From Pseudobdellovibrionaceae bacterium (GTDB lineage: Bacteria > Bdellovibrionota > Bdellovibrionia > Bdellovibrionales > Bdellovibrionaceae): a stretch of DNA of 38,975 nt. Of the stretch, positions 10,457 through 19,065 are shown in pieces. Where the stretch lies: NCBI GenBank assembly GCA_044359815.1, contig JBIKLL010000019.1:1-38975 (forward strand). Direction: 5' to 3'. The translations under genes and the position numbers were made by a program. The notes beneath the pieces are model-generated. The model did no database searches, was not told where the DNA came from, and worked only from the letters and a program-made list of their open reading frames with translations. Position 1 is the stretch's first letter. Every line of letters starts with the position of its first letter.

Positions 10457-11787
10457 AACCTTGTCATAATACGTTTATAAAAATCTATGGACATTTCCAA
10501 TTCGCGAATCGCTACATGCTCGTTGGGTGTATTGATGTTTCCTTCGCGGACTCCTGGGCCAAACGAAACACATTCGATGCCAATACGACTCCACAGACTG
10601 GCTTCATTGGTTGAAGACTGCGTGGTCGGCTGATCTGGTAAATCCATTTTTCTGAGCTCATCCCTGCAAACATTTATCAACACAGAGTTTTCTTTGGTCG
10701 AATAGGGCTTTTTGTAATCAGAAATCAAAAACTGAGTCTTTATCTGATCACAGGTTTGTTTTAGCTTGCTCATCCAGGTTTCATAAATTTCGTTGCTGAC
10801 ATTTGGTGGCATTCGGCAACAACCAGAAATCACCACGTGACTTTCAAAAGTTCTGATCAGCCCGATATTCAAAGTTGGGTAAGGTGGATCAAACTGTGGA
10901 TCTTGGTATTCAAGAAATTTTTGTTCCAGGTCCCTGATGGCTTTATACAAAACACACAGTTTTTTAGTCATTGTGTCTTGAACTCCACTGACCGCATCGA
11001 TTTCCAGAAAACCATTGGCCGGCACCGTATTAAAGCTAATACCACCGTCAATTTCCATAATCACAATGCCTTCTGGCATCTGAAGCAAGCTTTCAAACAT
11101 TTTCTTGATGGCACTTTCCCCCAACTGTGGCGCTGATGAATGTGCAGGTTTGCCATTAAAAACTCGGCTTTGCGAAGACGTGCTCTCTTCCATATTATGA
11201 GTTTTTCGATAATTAGCTTCGGCTTCAGAAAATGGAATTTTAAATTCGACTACCGCCAAACCCTTACCGGCATGAATCAGTCGCAACCCCGAAGGTTCGC
11301 CAATGATTCCCATTCTGGCTTTAAAAAGATTTTTTCTGATAACCTTCAGTGCGCCAACCATACCGGATTCTTCGCCGAAAGTTCCCAACAACACCGGTGG
11401 TAACTGAAATTGCTTTCCCATGTCCCGAATCGCTTGCAATTTACACAAAAAATCCAATTTTGAACTGGCAGCTCCCAGGCCATAAATTTTTCCATCGATA
11501 ATGTGAGCCTCAAAGGGATTATGACCGTTTTTTTTCCACATTCCAAACGGCCCCGGCTCGCTGGTGTCTAAATGACTTTGCAATAAAAACTCCAGTGGCG
11601 ATCTGCTTGCAGTCGGTCTGATTACAATATTGGCTTGCTCGATACCGTTTTGAGTTTCAGAAAATATCTGCGGATGCAATCCCAATGATTGGCTGTATTC
11701 ACCAATAAATTGTACCAAGGCTTTGTTGCCCGTGCTGGGTGAAGAATCAATGGCAATAAATTTTCTGCAAACATCAACAAAATCCAA
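10447..11787 (-). CDS. M20-family (ArgE/DapE-like) metallopeptidase/deacylase with divergent metal ligands
   Basis: SHLDT, GEESG, GEP, GKPAHSS and FGPG motifs. The usual bridging Asp and C-terminal His appear substituted (see findings). Confidence 0.8.
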   Translation of the reverse strand: MDFVDVCRKFIAIDSSPSTGNKALVQFIGEYSQSLGLHPQIFSETQNGIEQANIVIRPTASRSPLEFLLQSHLDTSEPGPFGMWKKNGHNPFEAHIIDGKIYGLGAASSKLDFLCKLQAIRDMGKQFQLPPVLLGTFGEESGMVGALKVIRKNLFKARMGIIGEPSGLRLIHAGKGLAVVEFKIPFSEAEANYRKTHNMEESTSSQSRVFNGKPAHSSAPQLGESAIKKMFESLLQMPEGIVIMEIDGGISFNTVPANGFLEIDAVSGVQDTMTKKLCVLYKAIRDLEQKFLEYQDPQFDPPYPTLNIGLIRTFESHVVISGCCRMPPNVSNEIYETWMSKLKQTCDQIKTQFLISDYKKPYSTKENSVLINVCRDELRKMDLPDQPTTQSSTNEASLWSRIGIECVSFGPGVREGNINTPNEHVAIRELEMSIDFYKRIMTRFCL

Positions 11788-11790
11788 AAA

Positions 11791-13170
11791 CTATTTTCCT
11801 TCGAGCATGCTCTTTTCGATGATTTTTTTAGCCACATCAATGTCTTTGTCCTGAATCACAGCTGGAATCAAAAATCGAACTCTGACCGGGTCCTTCCCAC
11901 AATTGAAAGCCACCATTCCGTTTTGAAAAAGTCTTTTCAGTAAAGCGTCGACTTGTTCTTTTTTACCATCATAGGGTGTGACCGCAATCATCAAACCCAA
12001 TCCGCCGGCGTCTTTGAGCATGCCTTTACATGTGGTTTCGTTCAGATCATTCAACATTCCCACAAATTTTTTGTGAATTTGATTGATGCGACCGTTGGGT
12101 CCTAAATAATTTTCTTCGGTCAAAATATCTAGGGTTTCTATCCCAGCGCTCAGCGCCACTGTTGCCCCCGAAAAGGTTCCAGCAATCAATCCAGGTTGTG
12201 GATTGTATTCTTCGGTGTACAGGGTGCATCCGACCTGAGCGGTCTTGGCAATTGTGCACAGATCGACATAGTTTCCAATATCCAAAGTTTCAAAAGCAAA
12301 TAATTCCCCTGTGCGCGAAAAGGTTTGAACTTCGTCTAACCAAACCGCAATTTTATGTTGCTTGCAAAATTCCAGTAGCGGCACAAAAAATTCTTTGGGC
12401 GCAGCTTGATAACCGCCTTCGCCCAGCATGGGCTCAAAAACAAAGGTAGAAATATTTTTATCAAATTTTGCTACGTGTTCTTTTAAAACTCGCAACGTGG
12501 CTTCACCAGATTGAGGATTTTTTTTGTCATAAAAAGGCAATCGTAAAACTTCATCATAATTGGGCAGTCCGACTTTGTAAGCATTGTTGTCGGTTAATTC
12601 TGCCATCATTGTTGATCGGCCAGCAAAAGCATTGGTGAAACCCAAAATCATCCTGGCTGGTGAATGTTTTTGTCGAGTAAGTTTCAATGCATTTTCGTTT
12701 GCCATAGTTCCACAGGTTGAAAGCCAACCGTATTTAATGCGGCTTTTTTTGCCAGCTAAGCCCACCAGTTTTTCCAAAAATTTTGTGTATTCGCGGTTAG
12801 GTTGCAAATTACCTTGATTAACAATGTCTGCGATAGCTCCCCTAACACAGGCTTTCAAAATCCTGGGATGACTGTGACCCATTAAATGAATTCCAATACC
12901 GTTGATCAGATCCATTTTCACACTGCCGTCTTCGAGCTCAACATAAACCCCAGTACCACCACCGGAACCCACATAGGGATAATTCAAAGGTCGGCCCCGG
13001 ATTTTACCTGCGCGATCAATCTGAGATTTTCCGTTTTCTGCGAATTCTTGATTCGGCGCCGCCACTGCCCCCAAAGAATTTGAAAGCAACATAACCTCAT
13101 CCACCAATTGCGTGATTAAACTTTGAACCTTTGCTGATTCTTGAATTTTATGGCCAATCAAAGCTGACAT
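11791..13170 (-). CDS. Class III PLP-dependent aminotransferase (AstC/ArgD/lysine aminotransferase-like)
   Basis: GTMANENALK, AFAGRS, EPMLGEGG, DEVQT, AK (PLP Lys) and GTFSG motifs. Confidence 0.88.
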   Translation of the reverse strand: MSALIGHKIQESAKVQSLITQLVDEVMLLSNSLGAVAAPNQEFAENGKSQIDRAGKIRGRPLNYPYVGSGGGTGVYVELEDGSVKMDLINGIGIHLMGHSHPRILKACVRGAIADIVNQGNLQPNREYTKFLEKLVGLAGKKSRIKYGWLSTCGTMANENALKLTRQKHSPARMILGFTNAFAGRSTMMAELTDNNAYKVGLPNYDEVLRLPFYDKKNPQSGEATLRVLKEHVAKFDKNISTFVFEPMLGEGGYQAAPKEFFVPLLEFCKQHKIAVWLDEVQTFSRTGELFAFETLDIGNYVDLCTIAKTAQVGCTLYTEEYNPQPGLIAGTFSGATVALSAGIETLDILTEENYLGPNGRINQIHKKFVGMLNDLNETTCKGMLKDAGGLGLMIAVTPYDGKKEQVDALLKRLFQNGMVAFNCGKDPVRVRFLIPAVIQDKDIDVAKKIIEKSMLEGK

Positions 13171-13196
13171 TGAATACTCCTTTTCTGGGAAGATTC

Positions 13197-13225
13197 AGTG
13201 TACTGAACTGCGTTAGTAAAAACAA
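13197..13225 (-). promoter_or_regulatory. Putative sigma70 promoter of the ast-like/mltG operon
   Basis: Minus strand TTGTTT-N17-TACACT, upstream of a GGAG RBS and the ATG at 13170. Confidence 0.45.
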
Positions 13226-13275
13226 GGTCAGCTGCCCATAGACAGAGACAAATTACGAGAATAAAATTCCTTACT

Positions 13276-14055
13276 ATGGTTCAGAAAATACTTATCGTAA
13301 TTTGCCTGCTGATTTCTGCAAATCTGAATGCACAACAGGATTTTCAGACTGATTTTCAAAACGGTGTGGCTTTATTCCAACAAAAAAAGTTTACCGAGGC
13401 CTCTGAGGCTTTCAATAACGCATTAAAATCGCAACCAGGCAATTTTGCTTCGTTGTTTAACTTGGCTTTAGTGCAGGTAGAGCTCAAAAACCCTGCAATG
13501 GCGATAGGACTTTTGCGAGTCGCATTAGAAATCAAGCCAGGCCATATTGGAGCCAAAACAGCTTTAGAAAAAATCCTGCGGGACAACCCAGTCACTGAAT
13601 TGCCTCGCGAATTACCGGTTTGGGAACAGTTTCGGTCTATTTTTTTGGTCGAAGTATCTTTGGACCGTTATTTAATGTTGCTTGCGATTGCTTTGGCATC
13701 AACGCTGTTTTTTGGAATCAGAAATTTGCATTTTCGAAAACAAGCACTGCTGAATGATCAAGATCCGCCGGGATACTCATTTGCATTAATGTGTTTGGCT
13801 GCGATGACTGTGATTTTTTTGGCGCTCTCTGCGTGCAAGTTTTATGACCAGCAAATACCCAGGGGCACGTTGATTTCAAACAATGTTCCACTGCGGTCAG
13901 CGCCCGATGGCGAAAGCCCCGCATTGATCGAACTGAGCGCTGGAATTTACGTCGAGATTTTAAAACAAGCTGATAATTGGGTTCAGATTTCGTATCCCGG
14001 TAGCTTCAGCGGCTGGGTTGAACGTTCAACATTGTTAACTGTTACAAAGGAGTGA
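13276..14055 (+). CDS. TPR plus SH3-domain membrane protein (BatE-like)
   Basis: Signal peptide, TPR helices, two TMs and a C-terminal SH3b-like segment (LRSAP...WVQI...GWVE). Confidence 0.75.
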   Translation: MVQKILIVICLLISANLNAQQDFQTDFQNGVALFQQKKFTEASEAFNNALKSQPGNFASLFNLALVQVELKNPAMAIGLLRVALEIKPGHIGAKTALEKILRDNPVTELPRELPVWEQFRSIFLVEVSLDRYLMLLAIALASTLFFGIRNLHFRKQALLNDQDPPGYSFALMCLAAMTVIFLALSACKFYDQQIPRGTLISNNVPLRSAPDGESPALIELSAGIYVEILKQADNWVQISYPGSFSGWVERSTLLTVTKE

Positions 14056-14585
14056 TTGTGGATTTTATTTGGGAAAATTTATTTAGAAATCGAAAGCGCA
14101 ATCTGACTTTGGCTGAAAATTTAAAAAGCAATACGCTGTTTCAAGATTTTAATTATTTTGAGCTCAAGATGCTGGAAAACATCGTTAACGTCAGACAATA
14201 CCGCACGGGTGAAAGCATTTTTCGCCAAGGCGAAGTCGGTGTGGGGATGTATATTATCATTACTGGCACTGTTAATATTTATGTCGAGGAACTGCAGGCA
14301 GCCTCTGGCGAGCTGAAAACCAATCACATCACGCAACTGAAATCCGGAGATTTTTTTGGTGAATTAGCTTTGGTCGAAGACGAAGGCCGTAGAAGTGCAT
14401 CGGCATCGGCGCATTCTGATTGTCAATTGGCAGGATTTTTTAAACCTGATTTGATCGAGGTCATAAATCGCAATCCCAGTGCTGGGGTCAAAATATTGCG
14501 TCGCTTGGGAGAAGTCTTGGGGACCAGACTCAGACAGACAACCTCTAAGATCACAGAGATGAAACGAATGGACCCTGTTAAATGA
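14052..14585 (+). CDS. Stand-alone cyclic-nucleotide-binding domain protein
   Basis: IFRQGEVG, MYIIITG and GDFFGELAL...RSASA phosphate-binding cassette. No HTH domain. Confidence 0.85.
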   Translation: MIVDFIWENLFRNRKRNLTLAENLKSNTLFQDFNYFELKMLENIVNVRQYRTGESIFRQGEVGVGMYIIITGTVNIYVEELQAASGELKTNHITQLKSGDFFGELALVEDEGRRSASASAHSDCQLAGFFKPDLIEVINRNPSAGVKILRRLGEVLGTRLRQTTSKITEMKRMDPVK

Positions 14586-15631
14586 GTTTAAAATCCTACG
14601 TCTATCAAGAGCGCAGAATTAAATTAGTGTTTTTTATTTTTGCATTGATTCTGTTGTTTTTGGCAGTGGTCAAGATCCCGAACCTACTGGTTTCACTGCT
14701 GCTGGCGATTGTTAACTATTACCTGTTATCACCCATTGTAAATTTGCTGGAACGAAAGGGCCTTTCCAGAACAATTGCCACACTGATACCCTTTGGCGCT
14801 CTGACTTTTGTGATCATCACTTCAGTAAATATTTTTGCACCCATGCTGATCGAACAGGCCACCTCAATCAAGGATCAACTGCCAAAATATTCCAACGCAC
14901 TTAATGAATTAGTGATCAAAATCGAAAACGTCGTGAACAGTGTCGCCAGCGGAATGTATGAAGGCGATTTAAAATCCAAGTTTATGCCCGAAATCACTAC
15001 CTGGGCCGGTTCGTTGATCAGCAAAGCACCCGAATACCTGTCGCAGTCTTTAACGGTTATGATCTTGAGTCCTTTTTTAGCGTTTTTTATTTTGTTAGAC
15101 GGCAGATTGTTTATGAAGAATCTGATTGCTTTGGTGCCTAACAACATTTTTGAATTGATTTTGAATCTGCAATTTCAAATTGGCGAACAAATGGGCGGAT
15201 TTATTAGGGCTAAAATCCTTCAAAGCATCATAGTTGGCAGTGTTACCTTTGCTGGGTTGTTGTTTTTGGATTTTCCTTCAGCTTTGGTTTTGGCCGTAGT
15301 GGCGGGAATTTTAAATATAATTCCCTATTTAGGACCGATCTTGGCGTTTATACCTGCTGTGATTGTCCATTTGGCAAATGGTGGCAGTAATGAACTGCTG
15401 TTAGGGATGGTGATGGTTTATGTTGTGGCGCAGATATTGGACACAGCCATTATCACACCCTTTGTTGTGGCTAAAATTGTGGATCTGCATCCCGTCACAG
15501 TTGTTTTAGTTGTTTTGGTTGGGGCTCAGTTTATGGGGGTCATAGGAATGATCATCTGTATACCACTGTACAGCGCAATGAAAGTAACCACCATAGCGCT
15601 TTACCGCCATATTACAGATTTTAGATCTTAA
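14582..15631 (+). CDS. AI-2E family (PerM/TqsA-like) transporter
   Basis: Multi-TM protein with LSPIV, IPYLGP, LHPVTV and GVIGMIICIP motifs. Confidence 0.88.
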   Translation: MSLKSYVYQERRIKLVFFIFALILLFLAVVKIPNLLVSLLLAIVNYYLLSPIVNLLERKGLSRTIATLIPFGALTFVIITSVNIFAPMLIEQATSIKDQLPKYSNALNELVIKIENVVNSVASGMYEGDLKSKFMPEITTWAGSLISKAPEYLSQSLTVMILSPFLAFFILLDGRLFMKNLIALVPNNIFELILNLQFQIGEQMGGFIRAKILQSIIVGSVTFAGLLFLDFPSALVLAVVAGILNIIPYLGPILAFIPAVIVHLANGGSNELLLGMVMVYVVAQILDTAIITPFVVAKIVDLHPVTVVLVVLVGAQFMGVIGMIICIPLYSAMKVTTIALYRHITDFRS

Positions 15632-15713
15632 TATTTCTGTAGCGTTCTGTGTGAAGATCAAAATCCTGCTGGTTTGATTTGACTGATCAAAGGCTGACAA
15701 TCTAGATTGGGTT

Positions 15714-16445
15714 ATGATTAAAAAACTGTTTGCATTATTTGGATTAGTCTTGCTTTTAAGCTCTTGTGCCAGCGATGAAAAGCGCGCTGATACACCCGAA
15801 GGAGCATTTGCCATCGCTCAAGAATTTGAGAAAGCAGAACGGTACGAAGAAGCCATTAAAAGATTTGGCGAAGTTAAAACAAAATTTCCTTATTCCAAGT
15901 TTGCAACAATGGCAGAACTGGCCGTTGCAGATACCTATTATAAACAGGAATCTTTTCCTGAAGCTCAAGTGGCTTATCAGAATTTCAAGGATCTTCATCC
16001 AAAACACACACAGATTGACTATGTAACCTTTAAACTGGGCATGAGCTTTTTTATGCAACTGCCATCGACAATTGATCGTGATTTGACGTTGGCTGCCAGT
16101 GCAATTTTGTTTTTTGAGGAAGTCTCAGACCGCTATCCAAAATCTGAACACGCCAAAGAAGCGGCCCAGAAAAAATTAGAATCAATCAAAATGCTGGCTC
16201 AGAAGGAAGAATACATAGCTGATTTTTATTTTGTCCGTAAGAAATTTGATTCTGCAATCCCCAGGTACGAAGGCTTGTTGGAAAAATTTGGCAGTTATGG
16301 TTTCGAGGAAAAAGCCCTGTCCAGACTGGCAACCAGTAGCTTTAAGGCCGGCGACAAAGATAAATACAAAAAATACCGCTCACAGTTGGAAAATAAATAT
16401 CCAAAATCTTCGGCGCTTTCTAATTTAACCGGGGAAATCAACTGA
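15714..16445 (+). CDS. bamD: Outer-membrane protein assembly lipoprotein BamD (ComL)
   Basis: Lipobox LSSC, TPRs, FPYS, LHP, DRD and YPKS motifs. Confidence 0.9.
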   Translation: MIKKLFALFGLVLLLSSCASDEKRADTPEGAFAIAQEFEKAERYEEAIKRFGEVKTKFPYSKFATMAELAVADTYYKQESFPEAQVAYQNFKDLHPKHTQIDYVTFKLGMSFFMQLPSTIDRDLTLAASAILFFEEVSDRYPKSEHAKEAAQKKLESIKMLAQKEEYIADFYFVRKKFDSAIPRYEGLLEKFGSYGFEEKALSRLATSSFKAGDKDKYKKYRSQLENKYPKSSALSNLTGEIN

Positions 16446-17170
16446 TGGCTTCCAGTTTGGTTCAAGATTTATTTTTAGAAGCTAAGGAACAATTTATCGT
16501 TGGTAATTACAAAGTTGCTGAGCCCATGTTGCAACAAATGATTTTACAAAATTCAAGAAACCCAGAAGTTTTTCAGATGCTAGCGACCATTTATTACGAC
16601 AAGGGCCAGTTCAACAAAGCCATCAAGACTTTTAAGAGGGCCTTAGAGATTGATCCGACTTACACTGATGCCAGTGTGGGTTTATCGATTATTTTAAATG
16701 ACATCGGTAAATACGAGGAAGGCCGCAAGGTTTTTTCGGAAGCTCAAGCTATTTTGGATCGCAAAAAAACAGAAATGGACACCTATGTACAGGAAAAAAT
16801 TTCGGCGAAACACGAGGAAATCGCTGATTTGTATTTTCAGTACAAACATTTCAAGGAAGCCATCGAACAACTGAACCATGCTCATAAACTGACGACGCGA
16901 AAAACTGAAATCACTATGAGAATTATTGAGTGTCAGATTCAATCGGGTCAGAAAGACAAAGCTATCAAAGATTTGCAGAAATTGATTCGCGAAAATCCGC
17001 AGTTTTTGCAGGCCAGAATTAAATTAGGTGTGATTTATTATAATCAAAACAGAATCGTTGAAGCCATTGAACAATGGGAATCCGTGTTGTTCAGGGATCC
17101 AACCCACCCAGAAGCAACCAGATATCTGGAACTTGCGCAAAAATCGCAAGGTGACATGTTGTCACTATAA
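16445..17170 (+). CDS. Tetratricopeptide-repeat protein
   Basis: Several TPR units (LATIYYDKGQFNKAIKTFKRALEIDP; LGVIYY...AIEQW). Translationally coupled to bamD. Confidence 0.85.
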   Translation: MASSLVQDLFLEAKEQFIVGNYKVAEPMLQQMILQNSRNPEVFQMLATIYYDKGQFNKAIKTFKRALEIDPTYTDASVGLSIILNDIGKYEEGRKVFSEAQAILDRKKTEMDTYVQEKISAKHEEIADLYFQYKHFKEAIEQLNHAHKLTTRKTEITMRIIECQIQSGQKDKAIKDLQKLIRENPQFLQARIKLGVIYYNQNRIVEAIEQWESVLFRDPTHPEATRYLELAQKSQGDMLSL

Positions 17171-17183
17171 GAAAGGAATTTTT

Positions 17184-17702
17184 GTGTCGCAAATCAAAGA
17201 ACACATGCTGCCGTTTATCACCAAGGATGAAATCAAGAAGATAGTTAAAAACTTGGCCAAGCAGATTGAATCCGAATATGACGGTCGTGAAATTATTTTG
17301 ATTTGCCCACTGAGGGGATCGATTCATTTTATGTCTGATTTGTGCCGCGAGATTTCGCTGCCAGTACAAACTGACTTTGTACAATTGCAGTCTGTTGAAA
17401 AAGGCGGAGCCATCAAAATTGTTAAAGACATCTCGGTCAATATTGCCGGCAAACACGTTTTGATTGTGGAAGAAGTTGTTGATACAGCCAGGACACTAAG
17501 TTTTTTGCGAAACAGACTGATGGCCTCGTCCCCGGCATCACTCAAAATCGTCACATTGATTGATAAACCGTCTCGTCGTGAATTGCCAATCCGTCCTGAA
17601 TTTGTGGGGCGAACCATTGATGACAGATACATTGTAGGTTACGGCATGGATTCCGAGCAGCTGGGCAGGAATTATCCCGACATCTACGTAATGAAAAACT
17701 AA
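17184..17702 (+). CDS. hpt: Hypoxanthine phosphoribosyltransferase-like protein (divergent motifs)
   Basis: In-frame GTG at 17184 after an AAGGA RBS. LRGS, VLIVEEVVDTARTL, LIDKPSRR, VGYGMD and RNYP motifs. Confidence 0.75.
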   Translation: MSQIKEHMLPFITKDEIKKIVKNLAKQIESEYDGREIILICPLRGSIHFMSDLCREISLPVQTDFVQLQSVEKGGAIKIVKDISVNIAGKHVLIVEEVVDTARTLSFLRNRLMASSPASLKIVTLIDKPSRRELPIRPEFVGRTIDDRYIVGYGMDSEQLGRNYPDIYVMKN

Positions 17703-17929
17703 ATTTTTATCTGAAGAGATCATCTGATCTAACCTATTTTATCCTTTAGAAATAAAATGATCATCGCTTTTAGTTAAAAAGGTCACAGCTCGTGCTTCTC
17801 TGCTCGGGCAAAGCCCCCGCCGTCCAGGCTCCGCAGAGGACCTTTTTAACTAAAAGCGATGATCATTTTATTTCTAAGTCACAAACTTGTTAGATCAGAT
17901 GAATTTAAAAACTAAAAATTTGGTTTTTC
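17693..17929 (-). repeat. Long-hairpin element copy 2: perfect 39-bp inverted repeat plus outer stems around the conserved core
   Basis: Arms 17746-17784 and 17839-17877 are perfect. Outer stems are 17720-17733 with 17889-17902 (14 bp, perfect) and 17693-17709 with 17913-17929 (one G-T pair). Core is 17781-17842. Confidence 0.9.
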
Positions 17930-18047
17930 TAGGTTTTGCGCTTTGAAGAACAGGGCGACGATTCGTGGCGCGCAACAAAGAATGCACTGGCAATTCAAGC
18001 TCTGACAGTGACTAGATTAATTTTTAAATCTGATTGTTCCCTTGATC

Positions 18048-18312
18048 TTTTTACAAAGGAAAAAGATCACTAAAAATTGAATAAGATTTTTTGCGATCAA
18101 GAATTTTGGTTTTATTTTATATGGCTTGTGCAGCGTCGCGCACGGCGTATCTTAGTAATGCAGCATCGAAAGATGATGCATTACGGGAGACGAGGTGCGG
18201 CCGTTAGCGAAAGCCATAAAAAATGTAAAACCAAAATTCTTGAGAGTAAAAATCTAAAAATATTATTTGATTTTTTATTTTTACAAAGGAAAAAGATCGC
18301 GAAAAATTGAAT
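18048..18312. repeat. 35-bp direct repeat pair upstream of the flp/tad cluster
   Basis: TTTTTACAAAGGAAAAAGATCACTAAAAATTGAAT (18048-18082) and TTTTTACAAAGGAAAAAGATCGCGAAAAATTGAAT (18278-18312), 33/35 identical. Confidence 0.85.
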
Positions 18313-18624
18313 CATTTAGCTGGTCAAAGGGCTTGAAAAGCGAGTGCTTTCAACCAGATCTTGGTCGGGTTGATCAATGATTCGTCGAAATATTTGAGTT
18401 TCAAAAAATAAAACGAATGTCCCCGTAAAATTTCGATGGATGTCTCATTCTGAGAATACTGACCAATTGATTGACGTTTTGTTGTCCATTCTTTTGCCAC
18501 TGAGGGTGATTGTCCTGTCCAGCCTTTGTACAGCCAATTTAGCAGTGTTTTTTGTCTCAGGAAAAAGCGAAAATCAGACGATAGGATGTTGAAATCCTAC
18601 GAGATTTTAAAAAGGGGGACATCC

Positions 18625-18816
18625 ATGAGAAATATTAAAAACTTTTTGAACAAATTTGCAAAAGACGAGTCCGGTCAAGGGACCGCAGAATACGTCTTGT
18701 TACTGGCAATCGTTATTGCCCTGGTAGCAATGTTCAGAAACAAAATCAGAACCGCTTTCGAATCGCAAACAAACGCTGTTAGTAGCGGAATCAGCGATTT
18801 TTCGGGCAACGAATAG
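18625..18816 (+). CDS. flp: Flp family pilin
   Basis: ATG after an AGGGGG RBS. Leader KDESG|QGTAEY with E+5/Y+6, followed by a hydrophobic helix. Confidence 0.92.
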   Translation: MRNIKNFLNKFAKDESGQGTAEYVLLLAIVIALVAMFRNKIRTAFESQTNAVSSGISDFSGNE

Positions 18817-18864
18817 TTTCTGAGCTTTAGAATTTAGGCTTAAGGCAAAAAGGGGGAAGTGGTT

Positions 18865-19065
18865 ATGACAGTCGAATACGTTTTACTGCTGGCTCTTTTT
18901 GCTTTTTTTATTCTGAACGCATTGGTCGGCGGACCTCAGAAAACTTTCAAAGAGGCCGCCCCCAGATTAGGCGCCAGGATAGAAAATCACCTGACGACAG
19001 GTGATGCCTTTATTCAGCCAACAAAAACATATCCACAAGGAAACCGATGGATCGATCGCAAATAG
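18865..19065 (+). CDS. Second Flp-like/minor pilin without a prepilin leader
   Basis: MTVEYVLLLALFAFFIL. In-frame stop at 18841-18843. RBS spacing favours ATG 18865 over GTG 18859. Confidence 0.7.
   Translation: MTVEYVLLLALFAFFILNALVGGPQKTFKEAAPRLGARIENHLTTGDAFIQPTKTYPQGNRWIDRK

Noticed and set aside
17058..17183. Extended hpt N-terminus from the ORF track
   Set aside because: It overlaps the TPR gene by more than 100 bp. An RBS supports the GTG at 17184.
17781..17842. Core as a hairpin, hammerhead or HDV ribozyme, or a tRNA
   Set aside because: AGAGAAGC and GUC recall the hairpin ribozyme, but they are not conserved in the other copies (copy 3 has GUU and GGAUGAAG) and loop B is absent. 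There is no CUGAnGA/GAAA, no HDV double pseudoknot and no T-loop GTTC pattern.
18077..18310. 77-aa ORF in the flp upstream region
   Set aside because: TTG start, no RBS, atypical composition and overlap with the direct repeats. Probably spurious.
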